From NCBI RefSeq assembly GCF_009914755.1, contig NC_060931.1: a DNA stretch of 64,000 nt. One strand, given 5' to 3'. A model generated the notes under the pieces. That model made no database searches. It saw only the letters and a list, made by a program, of their open reading frames with translations, and was not told the DNA's origin. The stretch's first letter is position 1; each line of letters opens with the position of its first letter. The translations under genes and the position numbers were made by a program. Positions 1 to 18,089 of the stretch are shown here, in pieces. This DNA is from the human T2T-CHM13v2.0 reference genome, Homo sapiens.

Positions 1-250
1 CAGGGAGAGGCAAAAAGGATCCTCCTTCCCTCTTAAGCATATGGCTGCCATGTAGGGCTTCCCCAGGCTCTTGAGGATTTGGGTTCTACTGGTCATGGGC
101 AGATACCCCCTTGAGCACCAGCCTATAAACAACCAGACACCTTCCCCAAGCATCTGGTGAGGTACAGAGAAGAAATTACAATAACCATAGTACCTGGGCC
201 CCCAAAAGCTTAATTCTTCTCAAATGTGATACCCAATTGAGAATCACTAA

Positions 251-817
<567 letters not shown>

Positions 818-976
818 AAGACACTGGAATTTATATGCTCAGGGCACCATTCCTGTGTCTGAATACCAAAACAGTCTACTCACCAAACATACTATCATTG
901 CTCCAAACTAAAACAGGTACAAGCCAGGTCACCTTTTTGTTAGCCAAACTAAAAGTTCCAGCTGTCAGTAATATTA

Positions 977-4050
<3,074 letters not shown>

Positions 4051-4051
4051 A

Positions 4052-4125
4052 ACACACACGTGCGCATGCGCTCAAAACACACACACACACACACACACAC
4101 ACGCACGCACGCACACGCATGCGCA
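4052..4125. repeat. (CA)n/(CACG)n alternating purine-pyrimidine microsatellite in an Alu tail
   Basis: Seen directly. Confidence 0.9.
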
Positions 4126-4129
4126 AACC

Positions 4130-4632
4130 CTACCACATGATCTAGCTTAGCCAAGAGAAAAAAAAGCGTATATCCATACAATGTTCATAGCAACTTTACT
4201 GGTAATAGCCCAAAACTGGAAATAACCCAAATGCCACCAAGCATTAAGCGGTGAATGCATAAACAAATTGTGGTATATCCACATAATAGAATACTACTCA
4301 GCAATAAAAAAAAAATGAACTAAATAACATGGGTGAATCTCAGAATTATAAGTGAAAGAACCCACACAAAAAGAGTATGTACTGAATGATTCCGCTTATA
4401 TATACAATTCCAGAAAATGTAAAATAATCTACAGTGACAGAAATGAGATCAATGGTTGGAAGGGAGGGAGGGAAAGATTACAAAGGGCCACAAGAAACTT
4501 TGGGGGAAGATAAATATGTCTCCTCTCTTGATAAGGATAAGCTTCATGGGTGATACATAAAATTAAAACTTATCAAAAGTATCACTTTAAATATGTACAG
4601 TTAACTGTATGTCAATTATACCTCAATAACAA
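4130..4632 (+). mobile_element. Ancient L1M 3' end fragment
   Basis: Typical L1M motifs: atgttcatagca..., aaacaaattgtggtatatcca..., gaatactactcagcaataaaaa, ...tatgtcaattatacctcaataa. Confidence 0.8.
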
Positions 4633-5095
4633 AAAAGAATCCAAGATGCCAAAACTAATTCTACAGTTCCTGTTAGATCTATCTGCTCATAAATATATTT
4701 AACCTACCGACTTGCAGTATGCACTCTGAGAATACAAAATTATGCCTAAATTGAGGATCACCATTATCACAAAAAACATCAAAGTTTAAACAATGAGGAA
4801 ATTAGAATTCATCTTTAATCACTATGCCAGGCTATTTCAGTGCCAAAACGATACCAACTAAAACACAACACAACAAAACAAGAGCCCGCTGAGTGTAGGG
4901 CTCTGAGATTTTTAATTAAATATTTTAATTCAAATGTTTACCTTCTTTGATCTAGAATCCCATTTCGGGAAAACAGAAATAACCCAAAGAAAAGCCTATG
5001 CACAAAGATGTTAATTTCAATCTTATTCATCAGAGAAAAATGGCAAAGAATTAAATCAATGGCACAGCCATGGGATGGCATATTACATGAGCTAC

Positions 5096-5709
<614 letters not shown>

Positions 5710-5863
5710 CCTAGTCATTATTTTTAACTGGGAAAAACAGTTGCAAAAGTATTAAGCAAAAACAGGGCAGACACATACAGTATGATCAACAGGTTGAAAA
5801 CAATACATCCTGGGGAGAATAAAAGATATAGGAAAAAAGCCATAAGGTTAACATTTAAGGCCA

Positions 5864-6088
5864 ATAGTTCTTAAACAGTGGTCCTGGACCAGAAGCATCA
5901 TCTGCGAACTTCTTAGACCCCACCCTAGACCCAATGAATTAGAAAACTCCAGGAGTGGTATGCAGTAACCTGTTTTAACAAACTCTCCAGGTGATTATTT
6001 GTTTTTTGTTTTTTGAGATGGAATCTTGCTCTGTCCCCCGGGCTGGAGTGCAGTGGTGCAATCTCAAACTAAAGTTTGAGAACTACTG
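5864..6088. mobile_element. MER5-type hAT DNA transposon interrupted by an Alu fragment (~6000-6066)
   Basis: Ends tagttct.../...aagtttgagaactactg; internal ttttaacaaactctccaggtgatt. Confidence 0.7.
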
Positions 6089-7210
6089 TTTAAAGAACTA
6101 GGATGACAGGTGACTGGTTTTCCTTCTTGTAACCTATGTTTTTCTCAATTATCTTTTTACTTTTGAAATCCAACTAAGTTCTTTTAAGTATTTTACTAAC
6201 AGGTACACTCTGTAGGTCTACAGGTAAAAAGCTATTACGTTGCAAACATTATAACGTAATGTAAGGTCTGGATTACATGCCTAAAAATCCAATGATTCTT
6301 GGAACCATCAAATCTGTTAAGACTGAAAAGAATACCAATGTTTAAATATATCTATAAAATGCAGGTCAAGGGGCTAAGAAAATTGCAACACTAGAAAAAC
6401 CAACAAACTTAGGTTGTTCTAACATACATACACAAATACAGGAGGGACGTTTATGGGTCACATCTGCGAAACATTTTTTCCCAAAAAGCTGAATTTTTAG
6501 GCTTGCGTGTAATTTACTAGAACTGCACTGCAGGAATCAGATGTTCTGAAGCTGTGAATGCTTACTCATGTAGGTTCCTGCCTAACCAAAATAAGTACCA
6601 GTATGTTATATTTGTCACCAAAATCTAGGCAGGGAAGACAAATTCAGAACACTGAGAGTTGCCAAATCTTTAACTTTTAGCTTGAAGACCATAAAGCTGT
6701 GCCAACTTTCATCTCATCATCTCACTAAAACAGAGGCCACTGGAAATAAAGAGGCAAACCACAGGTTCCCAATTGACACTAGAACTAGTTAAAAGATTTA
6801 GGGAACTGTCTACCCTTTGAACACAAATTAAAGAGTAACAAAGACTACTAACTTAGGGATAGAGTAACTACTGATTAACAGCAAAATACCAAAGTTAAGT
6901 CAAAGACAAATGGCTACATATTTTAATATTTTAGTTTTGAAATTTTTTTAAACAGGTGTACAGATCCCCATATACATCCTAGCACACAAAATTCATTTTA
7001 ACCTTTCTATTCCTTGAAAAGTCCACTCTAAGTAAATACAAGTTACTCAAAAAGGCACTACACACAGCAATGACCTAACACAGCCTGTCCTTTCCGACTA
7101 AAAAAAGTTTTAACTAATTGCATAAGCACCATGACCACCCATACTGAATTTTTCACTACTAAACTCCCAGCACAATGCTGGCACAAAGCAAGTACCCAAA
7201 CATATGAGGA

Positions 7211-8025
7211 TTTTTTTTTTTTGAGATAAGAGTCTTGCTCTGTCGTCCAGGCTGGAGTGCAATGGTGTAATTTAGGCTCACCACAACCTCCGCCTCATGG
7301 GTTCAAGCTATTCTCGTGACTCAGCCTCCCAAGTAGCTGGGACTACAAGCCCGCACCATCACGCCTGGCTAATTTTTTATATTTTTAGTACAAGTACATA
7401 CGGGGTTTTGCCATGTTGGCCAGGCTTGTCCCGAACTCCTGACCTCAGGTGATCTGCCCACCTTGGCCTCCCAAAGTGCTGGGATTACAGGCATAAGCCA
7501 CTGTGCCAGCTTTTTTTTTTTTTTAATTAAGAGAGTCTTGCTCTGTTGCCCAGGCATGAGTGCAGTGGCATGATCTTAGCTCACTGGACCCTCAAACTCC
7601 TACACTTAGGTGATCCTCCCGCCTCAGCCTCCCAAAATGCTGGGATTACAGGTGTGAGCCACCACACTTGGCCACATCTGAGGTTTTGAATTTGTTAGAG
7701 AAAGCTTCTGAAACCCTAAAGCAGACACCAACGATTCTGTAAAATTAACTCAGGCCGTTTTAGTGTAAGACACCGTCCCTTTCTATCACACTTGACGCTT
7801 TCTTAAGGGAAGCTGACATTTCTGCCATACTTTGGAATCCCTGCAAATGAGTCAGTTAAGTGCATTTAAAGTGGCATGCCCTGGGCCAGGTGCACTGGGC
7901 TCACACCTGTAATTCCAGCACTCTGGGAGGCCAAGGCAGGAGGAAGATTTGAGGCCAGGAGTTGGGAGGCCAGCCTGGTAACCTAGTCAGACCTCGGTCT
8001 CTACAAAAAATGTAAAAATAAATAA
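7211..8025. mobile_element. Alu (7211-7510 -), Alu monomer (7511-7673 -), FLAM-like monomer (7884-8025 +)
   Basis: Consensus match. Confidence 0.85.
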
Positions 8026-8259
8026 GGGGGGGATCCTATTACTGAACTCCCTCTGAAAAGAAGAATCATTGAAAACTCTTGGTATTGTAAGTTACAAAAT
8101 TGTACATATGGTGTATGCCGGTCCCCATTATTATCCGATCTACTTTTCTGATTTAACCTTAATTTTTCTAAACATTTCTTGTACTCTAACAGGTCAGGTT
8201 TTCCTCTTCTCTTTTTACCCCTCGAAAACACACTTGTTCCTGTAACACCACTCAGAGGG

Positions 8260-8380
8260 CCTCCCCAGCCCCCACCTCTTTTGTATATAAACACACTCTC
8301 TTGTCACATACTCCATCAGCTGTTTGGTAGCTCCTCCCCTCCTCCTTTTCCGGGTAGTAACAGGGCGGCCAATGAGCGCT
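8260..8380. promoter_or_regulatory. Candidate intronic enhancer or alternative/antisense promoter
   Basis: TATATAAA 8284-8291, CAGCTG 8317-8322, TTCCGG 8348-8353, GGGCGG 8363-8368, CCAAT 8369-8373, with local CpG retention. Confidence 0.45.
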
Positions 8381-11300
8381 GAGGAGCGGTGCCTGCGGCC
8401 TTTTGCCTGCATACGCTTTTCCAAAACAAGCAGCTCTAGCCTTCAGCAGGGGCCACTGGTTCACAGATGAAAGGATCACCAGGGCTGTGCAACAGGGTGA
8501 GACGAGTAACCCCCACCAACAAGGAAACCCGTGTAATCTGAGCTGTTTGTTCCTCCACCAGGGAGAACTTAAACCGATATTCCTTTAGGGCAAATCACGC
8601 TTTAAGGTCACCAGAGCCCCAGCTCTCAGACAATCTAAATAATCAGCTGGTTGGAGGTGGAAACCTCAAAGGTTGCCAGGCTCTGGGCAGCACAGATCAC
8701 CAATCTACCTGACTTTGCAAACAAATGGCCGCACTATTCGAGACTATTCCATAGGATCTGGGCTAACTGCAAGGTTTTTTTTACTGGGACACATTCCTAA
8801 AGGATCCAAAAGTCATGTAAATCAGTTTCTAGGCTCCTGGGGAGGTTTGCACAACCCTTAGCAAAGGATCAGAAGAGAAACAATGAATGAGTCAGAGTTT
8901 CAGAACATAATCACCCAGCAGATTATTAAGTGCATTGGTGCAAAACACTCACTCCCTGCATAACTTGGGAGTCAGCTCTCCTACCAACCCGTCACAAAAG
9001 AAATATCACTGACTCCAAACAACAACCAGAGACGGTGTCTCCAAAAGAACCGAGCGAGGTGGTGGAAGGCAGCGGCCAATTAGTTACACATCCTCTTCTC
9101 TCCCTACCCCCACACTGCTACTTTCCTACTATATAGGTTCCCTGCCAGGCTGTAAATCGTGGTGGTATAATTACGCTCAGGAGACATCCAAAAATGGGCT
9201 GAAACAGGAGACTGCAAGGAAACCAGCTATCGCCCCCCACACCAAAGAAATCATCAAGGGGCATGGGGGGCAAGAAGTGCATTCCTTCAGACCTTTTCTT
9301 CCTACTTCCTTTCCACCATCTTTCTCAACCCCCAGCCTTTTCACACAATTGTACTCATTTTAGTAGAGGGCTGGGGAATTTCTCCTTAAATTTTCTGCTA
9401 AATATACCTTACTCAAAAATTGTTGGCTCCATTTGGGCCTACTGATCTGTGAATTCAACAGAGAAAGGAGGACACAAAATCTCTCACCTACACAACACAC
9501 ACAAAAGGAAATCCGAAACATTTTAACTTCCAAACTCCATTATACCAGAAAATAAACACGAAACAAAGATAACCTCTGGCTTTTAAATCTCGAAACTGTT
9601 ATCCTCCTATCTCAGATCTACAATTTTAAAGCGCCTCTGCTTTCTTTTGTCAGAAAGGAAGGAAGGTGGGGAAAGAACAGAAGGCCAATGCATCTTTGCC
9701 TTTCTTCATCTTCTACTAAAAATAAGCTATGAAATAAGCCACTTAGGGGGAGAAAAAAAAGACACCCTGCTGTTCTTTGTCTGTTTTCCTCTCCCTCTCC
9801 ACCCCCCACACCCCGACTCCTAAATGCGGTAATCATTCTAGATGCCACAACTACTAAATGAACAAAAGGCACTGTATGGAAAAGGCATCAGGTCAAGTTA
9901 GGCCCCCCTCTTTATCCTCAATCTTTTAAAAATATGTCTATGTACATAATTTGAGACTCTGACAACGATCACAAACAGCTGGAATTGTCTCCCCACTCCA
10001 TCCCAATTAAACATTAGGTAGAAATTCGCATTAGGTGTGACAGTAACTCTCAATTCAAGATAAAAATAACTCAGATGCTGCCACTATGTCATTTCCTAGT
10101 TTCTAAACAAAAATAAAACCCGAAACTGCTTTGTGTAAAATGTACACACAGTCATAGTTACAAGTTTTCCTGCAGCCTTATGAAAAGCCAACATTACTGG
10201 TATCATTCACACATTTACAAAACAATCACAGCCACAAACAGCTCATAAAGAGTTGATTTCACTTGCGCCTGAACATATATTGGGTACACTATACTTTATT
10301 AGTTGCTCCGCTCTAATCTCCCACTCCCCCAAAAATTCTAAACTCCAAACCACAAACTTAGAAGTCTATCTACTGCTCCTAATTTCTAACCAAGTTTTCC
10401 CTGAGCAAGGAGAAAAACACCTTATTTCTGAAAAGATTATTTTTTAAAAATCTCTTGCCCAGACAACTTCCCTCCCATCCCCCACTGCCAAACCATATGC
10501 AAAAACTACTTTTTTAAAACTTCAGCAAATTCCCTAACTGAATTTTTTGACAATAACCACTGATCTCTACAAAGAGGTAAAACACTCAATCAAAAACAGC
10601 AACAAATAAAAGGAAGAAAAAAGGTATTCACCTGAAGAATTTAGCCAAACAACTTGAGTTATATAAACAAAACCCTGCAACAGGGGGAAACGGTGGGGGG
10701 ATGGGGAGGAGGGAGAGAAACAGGAGACAGGACTTTTAAACTGTGTTCCACACTACCACCCTCTAAGCCCCCACTTGCCCCCCTCCCCAAGGACTAGCTG
10801 TTCAGAACTCTGGGCTCCCCCTACCCTCTAAACTACCCTTCAAAAAAAAAAAAATTCTCGATTTGTCACAGGAACCTTCGCGAATTTCTCTAGCTGGTCC
10901 TGAAATAATCAGTCTGGACTCCAACCAAAACCACTGCCTGAAGGGCTCTTATCAGTTATAGCTTTCCCACTGCAACCTCCAGAGTGCATAAAGTTGGGGG
11001 GAGGGGGCAGAAAATAAAGGGTGTCACTTGGCGACATCAGGGCAAGTATTCCCCCAAGAACCTGACCCTCACAGAGGAAGTTTTGCCCAAGTGGCCAGTC
11101 CAGGGACTATTTATTTTGTCCAGGAGCTCCTCTTTCCCCAGCTGTCATACCCACAATATGGAGGGTGGCTTGCTGGAGGGCCCGGGGGTCTTCATCACAT
11201 ACAACTATGGGTGGGACAGGCTTTGTCAGTGGAAAGGAAAACAGTAGGGTTCTCCCGGGGACCAGAAAGCTTAACAGGAGGGACTGACTGAAAACACACA

Positions 11301-11849
11301 GAGCTCTTTCTTAGAAGAGGGGGCCCTGAGCAGGAGACTCTCTTCCTAATATAGAAAGGAATTAGGGATAAAAGAGGTCGCTTGAGTGACCCCAGTTCAA
11401 GCAGCATTGTGGTTGGAGGAAATGGGGGCATCTCAAGAAACGGAGAAAGGCTTCCCTCTCGGGAATTTCTGCCTTGATTCCCTAAATCCAAAGCGAGCAA
11501 ACAGGAGAGAGAAACCCTGAAAATGGGCTCGGTGGTAGAGAGTGAGGCGACTGGTCGTGCAAAAAGAAAAAAGGCCGTCTCGGGAGTCCAAACGTCGCGG
11601 AGGAAAGTCACAGGCTCTGGGGATACAGGAAGAGCGAGCAGCAACGCGTATTTCGGGGTGCTGCGGAGAAAAGGCGAGCTGAAAAGGCTCTCGGCCCCTG
11701 GGAGGTGCCAAGGAGCCGCCGTAGGCACTGGGGGAGGAGGGGAGTCTCGGACAGTGGCCTGGAGTGCCCCAGGGCCCTTGCAGTGGTTCCGGGGGTGCCC
11801 TGGGCATCCCCACACCGCCCCCCACACACAGCCCGAATTCCCCTCCACG

Positions 11850-11857
11850 AAGGATAC
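11850..11857 (-). promoter_or_regulatory. U12 (minor spliceosome) 5' splice site GTATCCTT
   Basis: Plus-strand aaggatac reads GTATCCTT on the minus strand, 8/9 of the RTATCCTTT consensus and a poor U1/U2-type donor. Confidence 0.9.
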
Positions 11858-11910
11858 AGCTTGACCACGTCCGTGTCCATCCGCCTCTTGCCCGGACTGG
11901 GAGATGACAT
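11858..11910 (-). CDS. UBE2H: Ubiquitin-conjugating enzyme E2 H, coding part of exon 1 (17 codons + 2 nt; rest of gene lies left of the window)
   Basis: Translation MSSPSPGKRRMDTDVVKL matches the N-terminus of UBE2H as I recall it (continues IESKHEV in exon 2). Kozak context GACACC-ATG has A at -3. There is an in-frame TGA 14 codons upstream (11950-11952). Similarity ends exactly at the donor CT|GTATCCTT. Confidence 0.96.
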
Positions 11911-12310
11911 GGTGTCGCCGCCGCCTCTCTCCCTTCCTCGGCCCGTCTGTCACGGGCCCGGGGCCCCGGCTCTGAGGAGCCCGCGGCCGCGCCGGCTCCT
12001 CGGTGGAGGTGGCAACACCCCCGCTGTCCCGGCGGTCCCGTCAGCCGCCGCCGCCTCCCCCGCACGGGGGAACACCGGGCACTGTCCGGCCGGGTGGGGG
12101 TGGGGACCCTGCGGCGCCCGGCTCGGGCTGCCCCTCTCCGGCTGTGGTTCCGCCGCGGCCCTGCCCCGGCGCTCCTCTGCGCCGCGCGACGCTCCCTCCT
12201 GCCTGCTGTGGCTCGCTCGCCTGCTCCCCACTCACCCTCTGACCGGCTCCTAGCAGCCTCCACTATAAGCGGACGACTCCTGCTCAGTCGGCCTCCCTAC
12301 CCCAGCCTCG
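11911..12310 (-). other. UBE2H: UBE2H 5' UTR (GC-rich part of exon 1); TSS position approximate
   Basis: GC-rich, with no upstream ATG on the minus strand between the start codon and the CRE pair. The 5' boundary is inferred from the promoter motifs, not observed. Confidence 0.6.
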
Positions 12311-12322
12311 CTCTGGGCGCCG

Positions 12323-12344
12323 TGACGTCACCTCTGTGACGTCA
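12323..12344. promoter_or_regulatory. Tandem full CRE sites (CREB/ATF), TGACGTCA x2
   Basis: Perfect palindromes at 12323-12330 and 12337-12344. Confidence 0.8.
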
Positions 12345-12347
12345 TCG

Positions 12348-12380
12348 GAGGGGCGGGTCTGGTCGCTGAGAGGGGTGGGG
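12348..12380. promoter_or_regulatory. GC box (Sp1) and CACCC/KLF box
   Basis: GAGGGGCGGGT at 12348-12358 and GGGGTGGGG at 12372-12380. Confidence 0.6.
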
Positions 12381-12410
12381 CGCCGCCGCGGCGTGGGCTT
12401 TCCCGGGGAG

Positions 12411-12428
12411 TTCTGGGAGTTGTAGTTC
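12411..12428 (-). promoter_or_regulatory. ZNF143/THAP11-associated SBS motif GAACTACAACTCCCAGAA
   Basis: Matches the ACTACA(N2)TCCCAG motif typical of CpG-island and bidirectional promoters. Confidence 0.75.
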
Positions 12429-12429
12429 C

Positions 12430-12827
12430 TCTTTCTCCGGCTGTCTCACACCCTCTGTCCCCTCCCCCAACTTCCCCACCTACTTCATCCCTCAACTGCC
12501 ACTGTCGTTATCATCATCCTAAACGATAAGAGTAAATAATGGCAATATTATTACATTCGTGGATTTAAGGGTAATGAACCTCCACACACTCTGTTTAACA
12601 AGCTGTTAATTTCTTTGATTTGGAGGAGGCCAAGGTAGCAATTACTCAGGCACCAAAATCTGGAAATCCCCACACCAGCAGGTTCCTTGCACTCCGCTTC
12701 CTCGTTGGCTGGAGAGAATTTGTTTCCAAGGATTGTAGACCACAGCAAGGCTTCCTCAGGCTTGCATACCAGGGTATGCAGTGTCTACGGCCACTATTTC
12801 AAAGATTAGAGTTGACGCAGCAAGGTG
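12430..12827 (+). ncRNA. Candidate first exon of a divergent lncRNA head-to-head with UBE2H
   Basis: Bidirectional-type promoter motifs, and a plus-strand donor GTG|GTAAGG at 12828. I recall an annotated UBE2H divergent transcript, but the boundaries are inferred. Confidence 0.35.
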
Positions 12828-12919
12828 GTAAGGTCAGAAATAATTTAGTATTAATATCCTTATTCTACAGAGCATGAGGCAACTTCGCAAAGTGTGTGAA
12901 CCTCCTACACCAACCTTAA

Positions 12920-13490
<571 letters not shown>

Positions 13491-13784
13491 CCCTATAAGG
13501 TCCTCCAAAAGAAGTGATATGGAACTCAGGAGTCAACCAGGCAAAGGGGCCAGTGAAGAGTGTTCCAGGCATCGCCTATATTTATGTCATATTTTCACTA
13601 CCTTTTCAAAAGTTTTATCTTTTCCCTCATTCCCATGAATATACACTTGTACTTTGTCAGACCATGTGTTGTGAGTTGAGCCTTCCTTACATAATCTCCT
13701 ATGCACACACACCTGGGGCAGCAGCAATGAGCTAAGATTGAACATCTTTTGCAGCTATCATTTCATGCCTCAAAAAACTTGTGC

Positions 13785-13975
13785 TTTTTAAATTGTAAAA
13801 CATACGTAACATAAAATTTAACATTTTAACCATATTTAAAGGTATAATTCAATAGGATTAAATACATTCACAATGTCGTGCAACCATCACACTACCCATT
13901 TCCAGAACGTGTTCACCATCCCAAACATTAAACAATAACCCCTTCCCCCCCAGCCCTTGATAACCTCTCTTTATG
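13785..13975 (-). mobile_element. L1MB-like 3' end fragment
   Basis: aacataaaatttaacattttaacc...tacattcacaatgtcgtgcaaccatcac. Confidence 0.75.
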
Positions 13976-14045
13976 TTCTGAAAAAGGTGGGCTATTTTAG
14001 CTGTTTCTGAAAGGAGTGTATTGTTCTTTCAAATTGTACATAGCT

Positions 14046-14144
14046 GCTGGTCCAGGTGCAGTGGTGTTTAAAACTAATTGATCACAACCAGTTACAGATT
14101 TCTTTGTTCCTTCTACACGCCCACTGCTTCACTTGACTAGCTTT
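14046..14144 (+). pseudogene. Y3 RNA (RNY3) retropseudogene
   Basis: GCTGGTCC..GTGCAGTGGTGTTTA..CTAATTGATCACAACCAGTTACAGATTTCTTTGTTCCTTCT..CCCACTGCTTCACTTGACTAGC is near-identical to hY3 as I recall it (~7 differences). It is followed by an A-rich tail. Confidence 0.92.
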
Positions 14145-14162
14145 AAAAAACAATAAAAATAA

Positions 14163-14988
<826 letters not shown>

Positions 14989-15009
14989 TAACTCTAAGAC
15001 AGTGCTATA

Positions 15010-15188
15010 ACTGGTTCTCAAACTTTGGTGTTCTTCAGAATCACCTGGGGGGCTTGTTAAGCTCACAGATGGCCAGGCCCCACCCCTGGGAATTCTGACT
15101 CAGAAGTTCTGGGGTGGGGCTTGGACATCCTAGTCATTAACAAGCTCCCCAGATGATTCTGATCAGGCCAAAGTTGGAGAACCACTGA
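15010..15188. mobile_element. MER5A-type DNA transposon
   Basis: Ends ggttctcaaactt.../...aagttggagaaccactg; internal cagaatcacctgggg and its inverted counterpart ccccagatgattctga. Confidence 0.8.
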
Positions 15189-15594
15189 CTTTAAGATTCT
15201 AGCAGGCATCACCACTTTGAAAATACCTGTCTGACTACTCAAGGTGAGTTAACTGCTCCCATAATGTCCTATGCAAATAAGGGAAGGTCTGAGTGCCCTC
15301 CAAAGTTTCCCCCCAACCCGAGAGCAACAGTGGCAAGCTTAGAGGACCCAAAGATGTTGTTTCTGGAACCCAGAGTGTGGAGTCCAGAAACAGGTTAGGT
15401 TATGATAGAACAGGTTAAGGAAGGGACACTTCGGAAACAAGGACATGGAGTAGAGCCTAGAAATTTTCCCTGGTGCTTTACTCTTCACCAATGCTTACTA
15501 GGCAAAAAATAATCAAAAGGTTGTTTAGAGAAATTAGTTGCAGATGATACTGGAGAATGCGGGCTGCTCTACTTAAAAATGCAATGAAGATTTA

Positions 15595-17705
<2,111 letters not shown>

Positions 17706-18089
17706 TTTTTCCTGTTTTTGAAGATGCCATGGCATTGATTCCCTCTCTTTGCGGTGAAGGTATGTTCATGTTTTTATAAGACATCTTTTTTCTCTGGGCA
17801 TTTTGCCATTTGTTCCTTCATAAACCCACCTCCCCTCTTCTGACCTCCTCCTCATCCCTCCACTTTAATCCTTCCTTTTTCTTTCCAGAGCTGAGCCCAC
17901 CCTTGACCAGGTAGGTTCAAAAAGCAGTCCCAAAGCACAGCCAAATGACAGCCCTGGTTTTACTTATTTTGGCTTATGAAACTGGAGCCCTCCTTGAGCA
18001 GAAGTGAGTTTGCTAAGCTCACCAATGTTTTCTGCCATTCAGAATGTCTGTCATTTCCTCTAAGACAACACTGAGGCTGGGAGTGTCTG

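Larger units (their letters stand above)
11540..12430. promoter_or_regulatory. CpG island / UBE2H promoter, probably bidirectional
   Basis: Very high GC and CpG density compared with the CpG-depleted flanks. Overlaps exon 1. Confidence 0.9.

Noticed and set aside
6234-6260. Inverted repeat attacgtt...aacgtaat with D-box-like half sites
   Set aside because: An 8-bp stem is within chance expectation for a 64-kb window and has no other support.
11195-12339. Long overlapping Arg/Pro/Gly/Ala-rich ORFs (up to 276 aa) on both strands
   Set aside because: Stop-codon scarcity in a CpG island. No recognisable domain; only the first 18 codons of the 11608..11910 ORF are real.
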